Positions 17,753 to 27,561 of a stretch of 64,000 nucleotides of DNA are shown piece after piece. The translations under genes and the position numbers were made by a program. This DNA is from a virus, in the IMG/VR virus record IMGVR_UViG_3300024348_000001, positions 1-64,000 of that record, one strand, 5' to 3'. Each line of letters opens with the position of its first letter. Positions within the stretch are counted from its first letter, which is position 1. The notes under the pieces were generated by a model. That model ran no database searches and had not been told where the DNA came from. It saw only the letters and a list, made by a program, of their open reading frames with translations.

Positions 17753-18097
17753 TCAGAAAATGGCGTTAACGGACGTAGCACTCACACCGTTCTGCCCGGG
17801 TTGGGATCTTGCGACGCTGATCGAGACTGCTTCAGATGGTTGCATTGTACCTGAAATCGTATCTGTTGTCGTAGTGACGCGGACGTTGTTGCTTAGACAC
17901 ATACCAATGTTGCCAGTACCGTCAGGATAAAACAATTCGATGACGCGATGCTGATCCATGTAACTTTTAGCGAAAGCAATAAAAGCATCAAGGGTCTTTG
18001 CTGGAATTGTCGTGTCTGCGTCAAATGCCGTCTTAAGATGCGTCACGATGTCAGGTACAGATGCTGAATTTACGAACGCCGGAATCGTACTCATCAC
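17753..18097 (-). CDS. Hypothetical protein
   Basis: 114-aa ORF with purine-rich SD; closely spaced in the operon. Confidence 0.65.
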   Translation of the reverse strand: MMSTIPAFVNSASVPDIVTHLKTAFDADTTIPAKTLDAFIAFAKSYMDQHRVIELFYPDGTGNIGMCLSNNVRVTTTTDTISGTMQPSEAVSISVARSQPGQNGVSATSVNAIF

Positions 18098-18102
18098 GCC
18101 CC

Positions 18103-18225
18103 CTAATCTTTAATATTCATGGCCACAAACACACCCAGAAAAAAGCATAACGTACACGACACCACATCAATAGAGTGTCTTATCAAATCGTGCAAATTTT
18201 GATTGAACTCGAAATGGCCAAACAT
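18103..18225 (-). CDS. 40-aa membrane micro-protein coupled to the tubulin gene
   Basis: Hand translation MFGHFEFNQNLHDLIRHSIDVVSCTLCFFLGVFVAMNIKD*; its ATG overlaps the tubulin TGA (TGATG) and it fills the gap exactly. Confidence 0.55.
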   Translation of the reverse strand: MFGHFEFNQNLHDLIRHSIDVVSCTLCFFLGVFVAMNIKD

Positions 18226-19466
18226 CAATCAACACCCAAGAACGAAGCGATGTTGCTGGCGGCATTAGCGGCCGTAACACTACCAACGCGGGCAAGCTTG
18301 GATAGAGTTTCACGGGGTGGCTCCAGATCACCAATCAAGGTGTAACACTGGATACCTGAATCATCGTCACCCGTGTAGATGCCTCTGTGCAGCACAGTCG
18401 CAGGCTTCTCGGGATATCCACTACCTAACAGCTGATCTAATTGCTCAAATCCCGACATGAGGTAATCGTCAGAAAACGTTTGCTGTACTTCGGGACTGGT
18501 AGCGAAGACACAGACACCCTTCTTACCTCGCCGCAGATCACAGGCTGACAAGACATTGTTGGCCAGTTCATCTCTAATGACGCTGCGCACATCAGCAGGC
18601 GACGATACCTTCTTAGGATCAATGTATGCCGAACCCATGACAAGGATGCCTGAGTCGAGAAGCTGGAAGAACTCACTCTGATCAAACGTTACTAAGCCCT
18701 TACGGTTGGCTGCGTAGTAATTAAAGACGTTAAACAGTTCCGCTACTACAGAGTTAGCCTTGGGATAAAGATCAGCCATAGAAGACGAGTAAATGTTTTT
18801 GACGCGGGCATTGTCAATCACGATCAGAGGACTGACCTTAGCTGCCATCAATTCAGAAAATGCTTGAATGGCATTACGGCACGTCAATTGTCCTTCGCCC
18901 GGTTGTGGCAATGACACGATAGCGCCTACACGAGTATTTTCACCTGCGGTTTGTGCCATGTGCTTGCGCGCTAATGCTACGAGGCTGGAGCTCATGCCTC
19001 CACCTGTACCGCCACCAAGACCTGCGCAGATCAGAATGCAATCTAAAGGACCAGAACCCCATGCCCTAAACAACAAGTCCCTTACGTCTGCGTCTCGGCT
19101 AGCCAAAACTTGCTTGGCCAACTTCATATCCTTGGATGCTCCGCCCACGTCCAAAGACAGTTTGGGCATCTCAGCATCTAGGCCATCAAAGTCATTTACC
19201 GTTGTGTTGAGAACACCTACACGTCGATATCCCAAGGCCCAGAACGCTTGCGCAATACGACCACCCGCCTGACCACATCCCAACACGCCGATACGGGCCG
19301 CAACAGGATAAGACAACTCATCTTCAATTGGAGCTACTTGTTTAATAGCCTGCTTGGATTGCGCCACAGATGTTGTCAGCGCAATGTTGCCGGGACGAGA
19401 CGGCATGGGAGGACCAGATGGCTTCAATTGTTCTGCTGCGTTCAAGGATTTAGAAAAATCCGACAT
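18225..19466 (-). CDS. Tubulin/FtsZ-superfamily GTPase (PhuZ/TubZ/CetZ-like)
   Basis: IGVLGCGQAGGRIA, LNT, GGASKD, AGLGGGTGGG signature, LP..GEG, VIDN, T7-like GLVTFDQSEF. Confidence 0.92.
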   Translation of the reverse strand: MSDFSKSLNAAEQLKPSGPPMPSRPGNIALTTSVAQSKQAIKQVAPIEDELSYPVAARIGVLGCGQAGGRIAQAFWALGYRRVGVLNTTVNDFDGLDAEMPKLSLDVGGASKDMKLAKQVLASRDADVRDLLFRAWGSGPLDCILICAGLGGGTGGGMSSSLVALARKHMAQTAGENTRVGAIVSLPQPGEGQLTCRNAIQAFSELMAAKVSPLIVIDNARVKNIYSSSMADLYPKANSVVAELFNVFNYYAANRKGLVTFDQSEFFQLLDSGILVMGSAYIDPKKVSSPADVRSVIRDELANNVLSACDLRRGKKGVCVFATSPEVQQTFSDDYLMSGFEQLDQLLGSGYPEKPATVLHRGIYTGDDDSGIQCYTLIGDLEPPRETLSKLARVGSVTAANAASNIASFLGVD

Positions 19467-19469
19467 ACC

Positions 19470-19829
19470 TTACTCCATTGCGGGCTTGGGCTGTTGTTGT
19501 TTACGCCCGTACCTGTGTGGAGCTTGTGCGCCTCCACGACCTTCCATGATGTCCTTGTGCGCATCCTGAGATTCATTGGCCGGTACGGTTTTCGACATTA
19601 TTGTAAGTTTAGCTGCCTTGATCAATTCCAATGCTGAAAAACGTCCAAGGTCAGCCGCCGTGACAATCTTGTCCCCGGATACTTTGTCAAGTAACGCCGA
19701 TACGTTTCCAATCAAAGCTGATGGCGCTGACTTGCGCACGCGAGTTACACGATTGATTACGTCATCTACGTCGCGATCGGATTCGACGTCTTTGTTGAGA
19801 TTGTATTTGGTCGTGCGGCGGCGTGGCAT
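19470..19829 (-). CDS. Hypothetical protein immediately upstream of the tubulin
   Basis: 119-aa ORF, GGAGG SD, basic N-terminus. Confidence 0.65.
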   Translation of the reverse strand: MPRRRTTKYNLNKDVESDRDVDDVINRVTRVRKSAPSALIGNVSALLDKVSGDKIVTAADLGRFSALELIKAAKLTIMSKTVPANESQDAHKDIMEGRGGAQAPHRYGRKQQQPKPAME

Positions 19830-19844
19830 TGCACTTCTCCTCCA

Positions 19845-20897
19845 CTAAGGAACAAGTAACTCGCACCATGCGTCGGCAAAAACCGTAGAATTTTCAATGG
19901 AGCGTGTTGCCATTGTCTCAAAAATCTGTTCTTGCGCAAACGCTAACGATGCGTATTTGACAAAGTTTGACGTGTCATTAATTGCGGAAGGCGCTTGCAT
20001 CCAATTTGTTTTAATATCGCATGGCACCAAAACGCCTGTCTCGTCGGTTTTGATAATGTCGCTATAAGGCGGAATGTCCCACGCTAATACGGGACAACCA
20101 CACGTAGTAGCCAATGTCGCAAATGCTCCAAAATTAGATTTACGTGACGGGAACCATACCCAATCGTGTGCATGAAAATGCGTTGCAAGTTCGTCTAATT
20201 TGGGCATTGGTTGCATAACGAACCGCGTCGGTAAATCTCGCAACATGCTCTTAAGGGTTTGCTTGTCTGTAGGTGCAAAGTTTTTAGTACACAACAATGT
20301 AAATTCTAGATTGGAGTGTAAGTTCAATAACTCATCAATCGCTGACAACATGAATCCCGCTGAATTGCTGATAGCATCTGAATCCGCTACCACACAAATT
20401 CGTCTGATGTTTTTGCGGACGTGTCCCGTTCGCTTTGTAATCGGCGATCTAACATCCCACGGCACTGTCAGTAACTTCTTAGTCCGCGTCTTACCATAAA
20501 CACATTGTGTAAACGTTTTTTTAATTGAGGGTGTCGGCACAACGCAATAATCAAAAAAGGATCGTATTGTTTCTACGGATTCCAGTCGCGTGGATTGCCA
20601 TAAAGGTACAAGGATTTGATTGCATTTTTTAGACACGGAGCGCCGATAATGTTGAGTCATTGTAATAAAATCATGATCGACACCCATGTGTACGATCGTT
20701 GTAGCTGACAGTATAGCCGGCAACACATTTACGCGAGATAACACGTGCGCATCCCAGAAAGATGATGCCACGCCAGATTTAGTACCCTGTGGTAAAATAA
20801 ACACTTCTTGATTTGACATTTCCAAAGCAACTTGCGCCACACGCAACGCCGCATATGTGGTTTCATCTCGGCGATAGGGCGTGTAGATATAAATCAT
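19845..20897 (-). CDS. GT4-like (GT-B) glycosyltransferase with degenerate E-x7-E motif
   Basis: HD..WFPSRKSNFG..ATLATTCGCPVLAWDIPPYSDII...TGVLV; start at the ATGA overlap with the upstream GT2. Confidence 0.7.
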   Translation of the reverse strand: MIYIYTPYRRDETTYAALRVAQVALEMSNQEVFILPQGTKSGVASSFWDAHVLSRVNVLPAILSATTIVHMGVDHDFITMTQHYRRSVSKKCNQILVPLWQSTRLESVETIRSFFDYCVVPTPSIKKTFTQCVYGKTRTKKLLTVPWDVRSPITKRTGHVRKNIRRICVVADSDAISNSAGFMLSAIDELLNLHSNLEFTLLCTKNFAPTDKQTLKSMLRDLPTRFVMQPMPKLDELATHFHAHDWVWFPSRKSNFGAFATLATTCGCPVLAWDIPPYSDIIKTDETGVLVPCDIKTNWMQAPSAINDTSNFVKYASLAFAQEQIFETMATRSIENSTVFADAWCELLVP

Positions 20898-21700
20898 AGT
20901 CGCGTCCAATCGCCTTTGTTGTATCTCGGGCCGCGCGTGACAGACCTGTAATGAAACACGTAGCTCGATAAAGCTATGCCTGATTTTAAACCAAGCTTAT
21001 GCCAACGCGATTGTAACTCATACTCTTGTAACGTCATAGCCGGGGTAGGGTTAGGCTGGCCTTTACTGTTAAAAGGGTTTACATCTCTAAAAGGTTGTTC
21101 AGGCGCATACATATTCTTTTCCCATGTGCTTGCCTTGGCCATCATGCAAAAACCGTTGATTGATGCCACTTTTACTTTGGTTGCTTGTTTGGCGAGTAAT
21201 TCTAGTTGTACATCATCCATGTTTGTTGCGTCGGGACCCCGATATGTTTCAGCATAATGTTTAACGAATTGTTCGTCTTCTGTTCCGGGAGCATTGGTGA
21301 CGGGACCCACTAATTGCACACGATCAGCGCGTAACGCCGACACCATGCCATTGTCGTAATTTTTAGGGAAAACAACGTCACTGTTAGTTACACAGATAAA
21401 AGAAAATCGGGTATCGCGCAATGCCGCCATGATTCCGGCATTCCACGTTTTAGTAAGACCCATGTTTTGGCGATTTACAATCAAACGCATGCGCGTCGGA
21501 TACCGTTCCATAAGATTGCGCACAATCGTATTAGGTATGTGCACATCACGACTTATGGTTTCATGGAAGTCAGGACTGGCATCGTCTACTAGATAGACAT
21601 GTGTCTCTACGTGAGCCGCAGCTTCGATCGCTGAAGTGATCGCAAGCGCGGCATACTCAAATTTTCCGTACGTGGGGACGATAACACATAGCCGATCCAT
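20894..21700 (-). CDS. Glycosyltransferase family 2
   Basis: VIVPTY, LVDDASP, NMGLTKTWNAG, VTNSDVVF, VGPVTNAPG, GFCMM. Confidence 0.88.
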   Translation of the reverse strand: MDRLCVIVPTYGKFEYAALAITSAIEAAAHVETHVYLVDDASPDFHETISRDVHIPNTIVRNLMERYPTRMRLIVNRQNMGLTKTWNAGIMAALRDTRFSFICVTNSDVVFPKNYDNGMVSALRADRVQLVGPVTNAPGTEDEQFVKHYAETYRGPDATNMDDVQLELLAKQATKVKVASINGFCMMAKASTWEKNMYAPEQPFRDVNPFNSKGQPNPTPAMTLQEYELQSRWHKLGLKSGIALSSYVFHYRSVTRGPRYNKGDWTRL

Positions 21701-21718
21701 AAGTTCGTCCCTTAGTTA

Positions 21719-23911
21719 TTACCTGCGCCGGCCGAACAACCCACGGCGGTGTTGCGGTTGTGCTTGCTGCTGCGGTGGTGCATATCGTTGCTGGTACTGC
21801 GATGGCGGCAACGCTTGACCCTGAATGCGAGGAGGCTCTTCTACTGGCGGCGGTGCCGGTGGTGCTGCTCCAGCGGGCGGTTCACTTTCAGGAGATTCAA
21901 AACCGAACTGACGTTGTTTTTCTTTAAACGCGTTTTGCTGCGCTTCTTGCGCCTTCCTGCGCGCTTCTTGCGTTTGAGCCTGTAAAACTTGTTGCTCTAC
22001 AGACAATTCGCCTTCAGGTGAAGATTCATAAGGATTGGCCGGCGGTGGCGGCGGTGGAAGAATACTGTCACTAAGGGGACTTGGTCTCCGAGTCTGGGAT
22101 AGCGAAGGACGCTGGTCGCGGAAAAAGTCTTCGCCTCCACCCGGCACGCGTCGTGTTATATTTTCACCGTACCCCAAAGGTACGGCTCGATTTTGATTGT
22201 GTCGTTGATTTTGGTCTTCCGCTCTGTAGTCCCAACTACCGGCATCTTCACGCGTTGCATCAGGATTTGTCTCTTGCCCTTCCTCAGGTCTGTTAAAAAA
22301 TACGTCGCCGTTAGCTGAACGAATTGCCGCTGTTGCGCGCGGATGTAACGTTTCGCCCATGAGCTCTCTCAATTTATCTTCTCGCTTAGATTGCGCACTT
22401 GAATCAGGTGGCGCAGGTTTTGGCGGTGTTCCAAAGAAAGGTGAATTTTTAGGTTGCTTTGGAATGGTATCTAGCGTGTTATTAATTTGTTGTTGCGCAT
22501 CTGGATTAAAATCTTCTGCTGCGCTAATAGGTTCAGGCGCCGTAGGAAGCCGTGGCGGCTGCGTACGATCAGGCGCAGGTTCAGGTGAATTAAAATTTAA
22601 ACTTCGGCGTATTTGGTCAGGATCTTTATATTCAGACGGATTATTTCCAACGTCTCTCCGTTGTTTTTGTTGCTCGGCATATGCTGCTGGTGGACTTTTT
22701 CTTGGGCCGTAATCCGGCGGCGTTGGCGCCGATTTTGCCTGTTCGGGCGGATACATATCTGCGTTAACACCCTGCCGAAGCGAAGCAATCTCTTCTGGTG
22801 TTTTACCTTCTAATAAATTTGGATCATTTGCATCATATGTTGGTTTTGGAGCAGGTGCTTCTGCTGCTGGAGCAGGTGCTTGTGGTGCTGGCGCAGGTGC
22901 TTTTGCTGCTGGCGCAGGTGCTTGTGCTTGTCCCGCCGGCGTGCGCGGAAGTAATCTAGGATGTGACGTTTGTTGCGTTGGCTGCGGGAGCGCACCAGCT
23001 AAGGCACTACCGGCAGCGCCACCAAGCCCCCCCGCAATGCCGCGCGAAGCTCCACCTGCTGGCGGTGAAGAACGTCTAAATGCTTCCGTTGTAGGCGGGA
23101 CGTAATCTGTACCGGGCATTGGCGGAACAGTGCCTTCCTCGTACGGCATTAAAAATGGTTGAAGCTGTTGTCTGCGCGTTTCTGCGGCTTGCATGTGGAA
23201 TTGATTGACAGGATTATTCATATCAATCGGATGCGTATACCGAGGTTTGCCGCCAAAATTTGAAAATTCAACCTGTTGTTGCCCGCCCGGATAAACCATT
23301 GGTTGGCCATTATACGTTTGTGGTTGTCGTTGTTGCTGTTGTTGCGGTACTTGCGCTGAAATTTGCTGTTGTCCTGTTTGGGCTAGTTCGGGGTGCCGTC
23401 TTAGCAACTCGGCCGATGGCTGCTGAGGTGCAGCTCCGGGCTGTGGTTGCGGCTGTGGAGCTTGTGCTCTGGCAGCACTTTCTCGAATTTTATTTGTAAA
23501 TTGGTCTATAGCGTTATTAGTGCCGGCGCCTATTTGCCCCAACGCATCAGTAATTGGATTCTGGAATCCCCCCTGTCCGGGCTGTGGTTTTGGTGTCGGA
23601 GGCGGCGGTGGTGGTGTGTTGCCCGGAGTGTTAGACGGCGAATTGCCAATTTGACCACGGCGTTTTTGCGCGTCTGCTGCTGCTTGTTCGGCAGATGGGC
23701 CGGGTGGAGGCGGAGGAAAACCGCCAAGTTCAGAACGCCGTTTTTGTGCTCCCGACGGATCTGATGGCGGCTTTGGGCCAAAACCGCCAAGCCCACCGTT
23801 AGCTGCTTGCTTTACAGCCGTAATCGCACCCAAATCAGCTGCGGTCTTTGCAACCGCAACCTGCCGACGCGCAATTTCGGCGCCAAGATCATAAGCAGTT
23901 ATAATTTTCAA
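21719..23911 (-). CDS. Pro/Gln-rich low-complexity K-x-A motif protein, about 730 aa
   Basis: TTG at 23911 with AGGAG after the portal stop; AYDLG, KTAA, KQAA; PAPAAxA repeats near 22850-22930. Confidence 0.75.
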   Translation of the reverse strand: MKIITAYDLGAEIARRQVAVAKTAADLGAITAVKQAANGGLGGFGPKPPSDPSGAQKRRSELGGFPPPPPGPSAEQAAADAQKRRGQIGNSPSNTPGNTPPPPPPTPKPQPGQGGFQNPITDALGQIGAGTNNAIDQFTNKIRESAARAQAPQPQPQPGAAPQQPSAELLRRHPELAQTGQQQISAQVPQQQQQRQPQTYNGQPMVYPGGQQQVEFSNFGGKPRYTHPIDMNNPVNQFHMQAAETRRQQLQPFLMPYEEGTVPPMPGTDYVPPTTEAFRRSSPPAGGASRGIAGGLGGAAGSALAGALPQPTQQTSHPRLLPRTPAGQAQAPAPAAKAPAPAPQAPAPAAEAPAPKPTYDANDPNLLEGKTPEEIASLRQGVNADMYPPEQAKSAPTPPDYGPRKSPPAAYAEQQKQRRDVGNNPSEYKDPDQIRRSLNFNSPEPAPDRTQPPRLPTAPEPISAAEDFNPDAQQQINNTLDTIPKQPKNSPFFGTPPKPAPPDSSAQSKREDKLRELMGETLHPRATAAIRSANGDVFFNRPEEGQETNPDATREDAGSWDYRAEDQNQRHNQNRAVPLGYGENITRRVPGGGEDFFRDQRPSLSQTRRPSPLSDSILPPPPPPANPYESSPEGELSVEQQVLQAQTQEARRKAQEAQQNAFKEKQRQFGFESPESEPPAGAAPPAPPPVEEPPRIQGQALPPSQYQQRYAPPQQQAQPQHRRGLFGRRR

Positions 23912-23921
23912 GGTAAGACTC

Positions 23922-25832
23922 CTAACCTGTTGGTTGCGCACCACCCGCCTGTCCCATAGCCGCACTATTGGCCGCTTGCGTCTTTGTGTCGCGTCGCTTC
24001 TGCGCCATTCTTTCCTTAACCAAAGCATGCATGGTCGGATTCGCTTGCTTCAACTTGCGTAGGTCGGAATCCTTAACAGACTCCGGTTGTCCCAGCATTT
24101 GATCCGCCAGACTGTCAGCCGCCGCCATCATGTCTTGAGGCGTCTGCTGCGTATTCTGCCCCATACTCTGAATATACTGCGTAACCGGACTTTGCTGTTG
24201 TCCCATGGCGTTGGGATCTTGTCCACCTTGAGGAGCACCGCCACCCTGAGGAGGAGCGCCACCGCCTTGAGGTTGATTAGGATCGCCTGCCTGACCCTTA
24301 GCAATCTGCTGCGCAAATCCGTGTTGCTGCATTTCTTCTTGCATACGGGACTGAATCTCTGTCTGGAATCGCGACTCCTCTCCAAGTTGCTTCTGTTCCT
24401 GTCTCCAATCATAACCCATATCGCGCAGAACCGTAGTGCCAGACAACTGTTGTGACATCATCATCTGCGCAGCCATCATTTGCTTCTCAAGATTGTCAGC
24501 AATAGTGATGCGCTTAAGGGATGTCTTGACGGTCTCCCACGACTTAATGCGACTGATCTCTGTCGTCAACCAACGCAAGAATCTATTGGCGTCATTTACC
24601 AAAGGATGATGCGTGGCTTCAAACAAACGCAAAGCTACAGGCGCCGTTTGAAGTTGCAAGCTTCCATTATAAAGTTCAACGGGGGTGCCGCAATCATTCA
24701 ACAGCCGTTCGTAACCCTGAGCAATTAATTCCGTTGGTGCTAATTGCTTGGCGTCGGCACCAAACATTTGGAAATTAACGGGAAACGGAAATACTTGAAT
24801 CGAGGCTGGATCTCTGCGCCTACGTCTAATCATCTGCAAAGCTTGATTGCGGAAATCACCACCGTCATATGTCATTAACGGATCTATAGCTCCGCCTGAC
24901 GGACCACCTGCACCCTGTCGTGGTTGAGGTGTAATAATCCTAAATGGAATCACGTAATCAAGAGCAATGGCTTCGTTAAAACGGTGAAGGACCTGCACGT
25001 ACCAAATCTGTCTGAAGTTAGACAACAACCGAGGAATGCCCCAACCTCGGTTAATCATGCCTGACAAGGTTGGTTCTTTCATGTGGAAAATAGCGTCAGG
25101 ATTAAATCTAAAAACCTGATTTAATTGCACGGCCTTTAGAACTTCCTGATCCACACGCTCTAAGTGAAACAAAGAACCTTGTCGAATTTGTCTGCGGTAA
25201 TCTTCAGGAATACGCCAGATGTAATGCAAGTCTTCCGTGTACAGGTCATGCAGCAATTCGATTTCATGCACGTTCCAATGCTTGACGCGAATCTTGTTCT
25301 CGTCTTTCTCGTCCTTGATTTTCCAAGGCCCCGTATATGTTTCTTTACCCTTCTTGGCACATACAGGACATGTGGCAACAAAATTAGGCATCTGCCAACT
25401 AAAATTAAATACTTTGTTTTCGTAAATTTCTTTGAGAGGTGCCTGATATCCACACTTAGGGCAACTAAGAAAACGTTTGAAAGGTACAACGATACTGCAA
25501 AAACCATTACCGTAACACATGCGATTACGGAGAGCTGTTTGAATCTCACCAATGATGTTCAAATCATCTCGTAAGTATTCTTCCCACTTTTCGCGCTCAT
25601 CGTCAGAGGCATCTTCAATAACAACGTCAGTAAGGAAGTAACTAATGATGCGTTCCATGGCCATACGGTAGGTGCCATGGTAATTCCAAATAAACTCACA
25701 CCAATACAGCGCCGATCTAATGTTTTGGGGAATGGAGAGACTGGCTACGTCCATGAACGGATCGGGAAACTCGGCACCTCCGCCAAGTCCCGAGAAACGT
25801 GTAAATTGGCCGCGCATCAACGCCGAAGTCAT
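23922..25832 (-). CDS. Putative portal protein with Zn-ribbon insertion
   Basis: 636 aa; FPDPF..P.....AL N-terminus, GWGIPRL....YVQVL....AIA...IPFRI, closing helices and Q/G-rich tail typical of large-phage portals; CPKC...CPVC insert. Confidence 0.7.
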   Translation of the reverse strand: MTSALMRGQFTRFSGLGGGAEFPDPFMDVASLSIPQNIRSALYWCEFIWNYHGTYRMAMERIISYFLTDVVIEDASDDEREKWEEYLRDDLNIIGEIQTALRNRMCYGNGFCSIVVPFKRFLSCPKCGYQAPLKEIYENKVFNFSWQMPNFVATCPVCAKKGKETYTGPWKIKDEKDENKIRVKHWNVHEIELLHDLYTEDLHYIWRIPEDYRRQIRQGSLFHLERVDQEVLKAVQLNQVFRFNPDAIFHMKEPTLSGMINRGWGIPRLLSNFRQIWYVQVLHRFNEAIALDYVIPFRIITPQPRQGAGGPSGGAIDPLMTYDGGDFRNQALQMIRRRRRDPASIQVFPFPVNFQMFGADAKQLAPTELIAQGYERLLNDCGTPVELYNGSLQLQTAPVALRLFEATHHPLVNDANRFLRWLTTEISRIKSWETVKTSLKRITIADNLEKQMMAAQMMMSQQLSGTTVLRDMGYDWRQEQKQLGEESRFQTEIQSRMQEEMQQHGFAQQIAKGQAGDPNQPQGGGAPPQGGGAPQGGQDPNAMGQQQSPVTQYIQSMGQNTQQTPQDMMAAADSLADQMLGQPESVKDSDLRKLKQANPTMHALVKERMAQKRRDTKTQAANSAAMGQAGGAQPTG

Positions 25833-25860
25833 GACGCCATTCCTTGTAAGTGCTTATTGC

Positions 25861-26037
25861 TTATTTGCGGCGAAAGGCATCCGCAGCTTCATCTGACAGA
25901 CGTGAGGCGATATGCCGATCATGAATATCTTCGGCCTGTTTTTCAGTAGAACAGGCGCCAGTGCATTTACCCGAGCAACCCTTTTCGACCGGGCTGTCGG
26001 GTGTCTGTTCTGTAATAATACCGCGTTTTTCAATCAT
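25861..26037 (-). CDS. 58-aa small protein
   Basis: Hand translation MIEKRGIITEQTPDSPVEKGCSGKCTGACSTEKQAEDIHDRHIASRLSDEAADAFRRK*; GGAG SD; fills the gap. Confidence 0.65.
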   Translation of the reverse strand: MIEKRGIITEQTPDSPVEKGCSGKCTGACSTEKQAEDIHDRHIASRLSDEAADAFRRK

Positions 26038-26048
26038 GACAAACTCCG

Positions 26049-27134
26049 TTAGCCGTTGTCTTCCTCTGAATCATCTTTATCTACTGTAACAAGGATGACG
26101 CAGTCAAACACACCAAACGCAAACTTAAGGCCAAAATACTTGGTGTCGTAGATCTTATCTTTCTCTTTAAGCTTATTGGGCTTAGGCGCTGGTACAACGA
26201 CTTTAAGAGGTAAACCTTCAGGATGAGTTTCAGAGCTGTAAGGAGGACAGAACTGTTGGCCGTCAGCATAACGTGTGTCATAGACAAGGACCACACAACC
26301 GTCACCCGTAAAAATACCATGAAACCAAGTAGACATAGAACCAAAACCGGGCAATTCAATAAACACTTGCGTTTTGGCTTTTTGAGGCGTTGGTCCAACA
26401 ACAAAGGGAATTTCCAACGCTTCGTAACCCATACTGGCACTTACGTCTGGTGCGGCTTCTGACATGACAGGCTCCTCAGGTTTAACGGTCTTCGTAACAG
26501 GGGCAGGCGTAGGTTCATTGCGAGTCAGATTTGTGTGCATCATAGACGTCAGTTGAGATACCTGAGCCATGAGTTGCGCAATGATAAGTTGATTGGGGTC
26601 TTGTTTGGCGCCAAGAGGAGGAAGGACAGGTTCTTCCGCAGGCGCAGCCGAAGCTACAGTTCTTTGAGTAACGATAGGGTTTGAGGGGATAGCATAAGAT
26701 TGCATAGGCGTGCCTTCCATGTCAGCACGTGGAACAACGTAACTGCCGGGCATCAAAGGATTAGAACGAAGGGGTTCCATAGCTTTCTTTTCCGGTAATT
26801 TTTGAGCTGTGCTTAATTCAGAATAAATCTTAAACGGGTCTTCACTGCCGTGTTTGGCGTAAATCTTTTCGTAGTTTTTTTTATCTATGTTGGCCAAGTC
26901 AACAACAATGTTGCCGCCTTTTTCATCAGGATCAATACACACAACGTCAGGAACGTTGTGGTCAAAGCCTTTACTGCGTCCGTCATTTTTGCCATATGAG
27001 CCGGGAATAACAGCATAATCACCCGTAACACCACCACCCAACAAATACCTTTGTCTTTCGTCGGGCTGATGGTAATGCGCGTCGTCTGGCGTGAAGCGTT
27101 TAGTACCTTCGGGTAATACCATCGGATTGGACAT
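26049..27134 (-). CDS. Hypothetical protein, about 361 aa
   Basis: ATG at 27134 with GAGG; the longer ORF-track start would cross a terminator. Confidence 0.75.
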   Translation of the reverse strand: MSNPMVLPEGTKRFTPDDAHYHQPDERQRYLLGGGVTGDYAVIPGSYGKNDGRSKGFDHNVPDVVCIDPDEKGGNIVVDLANIDKKNYEKIYAKHGSEDPFKIYSELSTAQKLPEKKAMEPLRSNPLMPGSYVVPRADMEGTPMQSYAIPSNPIVTQRTVASAAPAEEPVLPPLGAKQDPNQLIIAQLMAQVSQLTSMMHTNLTRNEPTPAPVTKTVKPEEPVMSEAAPDVSASMGYEALEIPFVVGPTPQKAKTQVFIELPGFGSMSTWFHGIFTGDGCVVLVYDTRYADGQQFCPPYSSETHPEGLPLKVVVPAPKPNKLKEKDKIYDTKYFGLKFAFGVFDCVILVTVDKDDSEEDNG

Positions 27135-27221
27135 GGCCACCTCGTGGAAATAGGGGTTTGTGCAAGTGTAGGAAAGGAAAGGATTAGTTACAAGTTCGAT
27201 TAACAAAAGTCTCTGATAGCT

Positions 27222-27267
27222 AAAAAAAAAGACCAAGCCACCCGGGAACGCCCCGGACAGCTTGGTC
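27222..27267 (-). terminator. Rho-independent terminator (cassette type)
   Basis: Stem GACCAAGC/GCTTGGTC with inner CCGGG/CCCGG, followed by T9-AGCTATCAGAGACTTT. Confidence 0.8.
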
Positions 27268-27272
27268 AAAAT

Positions 27273-27509
27273 TTACTTGGACGCCGTTACGGCGTCCAAA
27301 GTGCGAAGGACGAGCTTTGAATATTGCCCAAACCTGTTCCGCCATACCACTTCACCGGGGCCAAAGGCCCCAAGAGCGGTGTTGAAAATTTCCGTGGCGC
27401 GAGCCGCCTCTTCGGAGTCGGCCGTAGCCAACTCCGCAATACCCAACCCCGTCACCATTTTCGTTAGCCTGTCTGCGGCTACTACGGACGTTACGAATTC
27501 AGTTTGCAT
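27273..27509 (-). CDS. Hypothetical cassette protein, 78 aa
   Basis: ATG at 27509 with GGAGG; between the promoter motif and a terminator. Confidence 0.7.
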   Translation of the reverse strand: MQTEFVTSVVAADRLTKMVTGLGIAELATADSEEAARATEIFNTALGAFGPGEVVWRNRFGQYSKLVLRTLDAVTASK

Positions 27510-27561
27510 CGTGCATCCTCCACTAAACAACGGCTTACGCCGGCACAGCTAAACCGCTGTA

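Noticed and set aside
27135-27269. N-terminal extension of the 406-aa ORF
   Set aside because: It runs through the terminator and junction repeat (again FFSYQRL); the SD-supported start is 27134.
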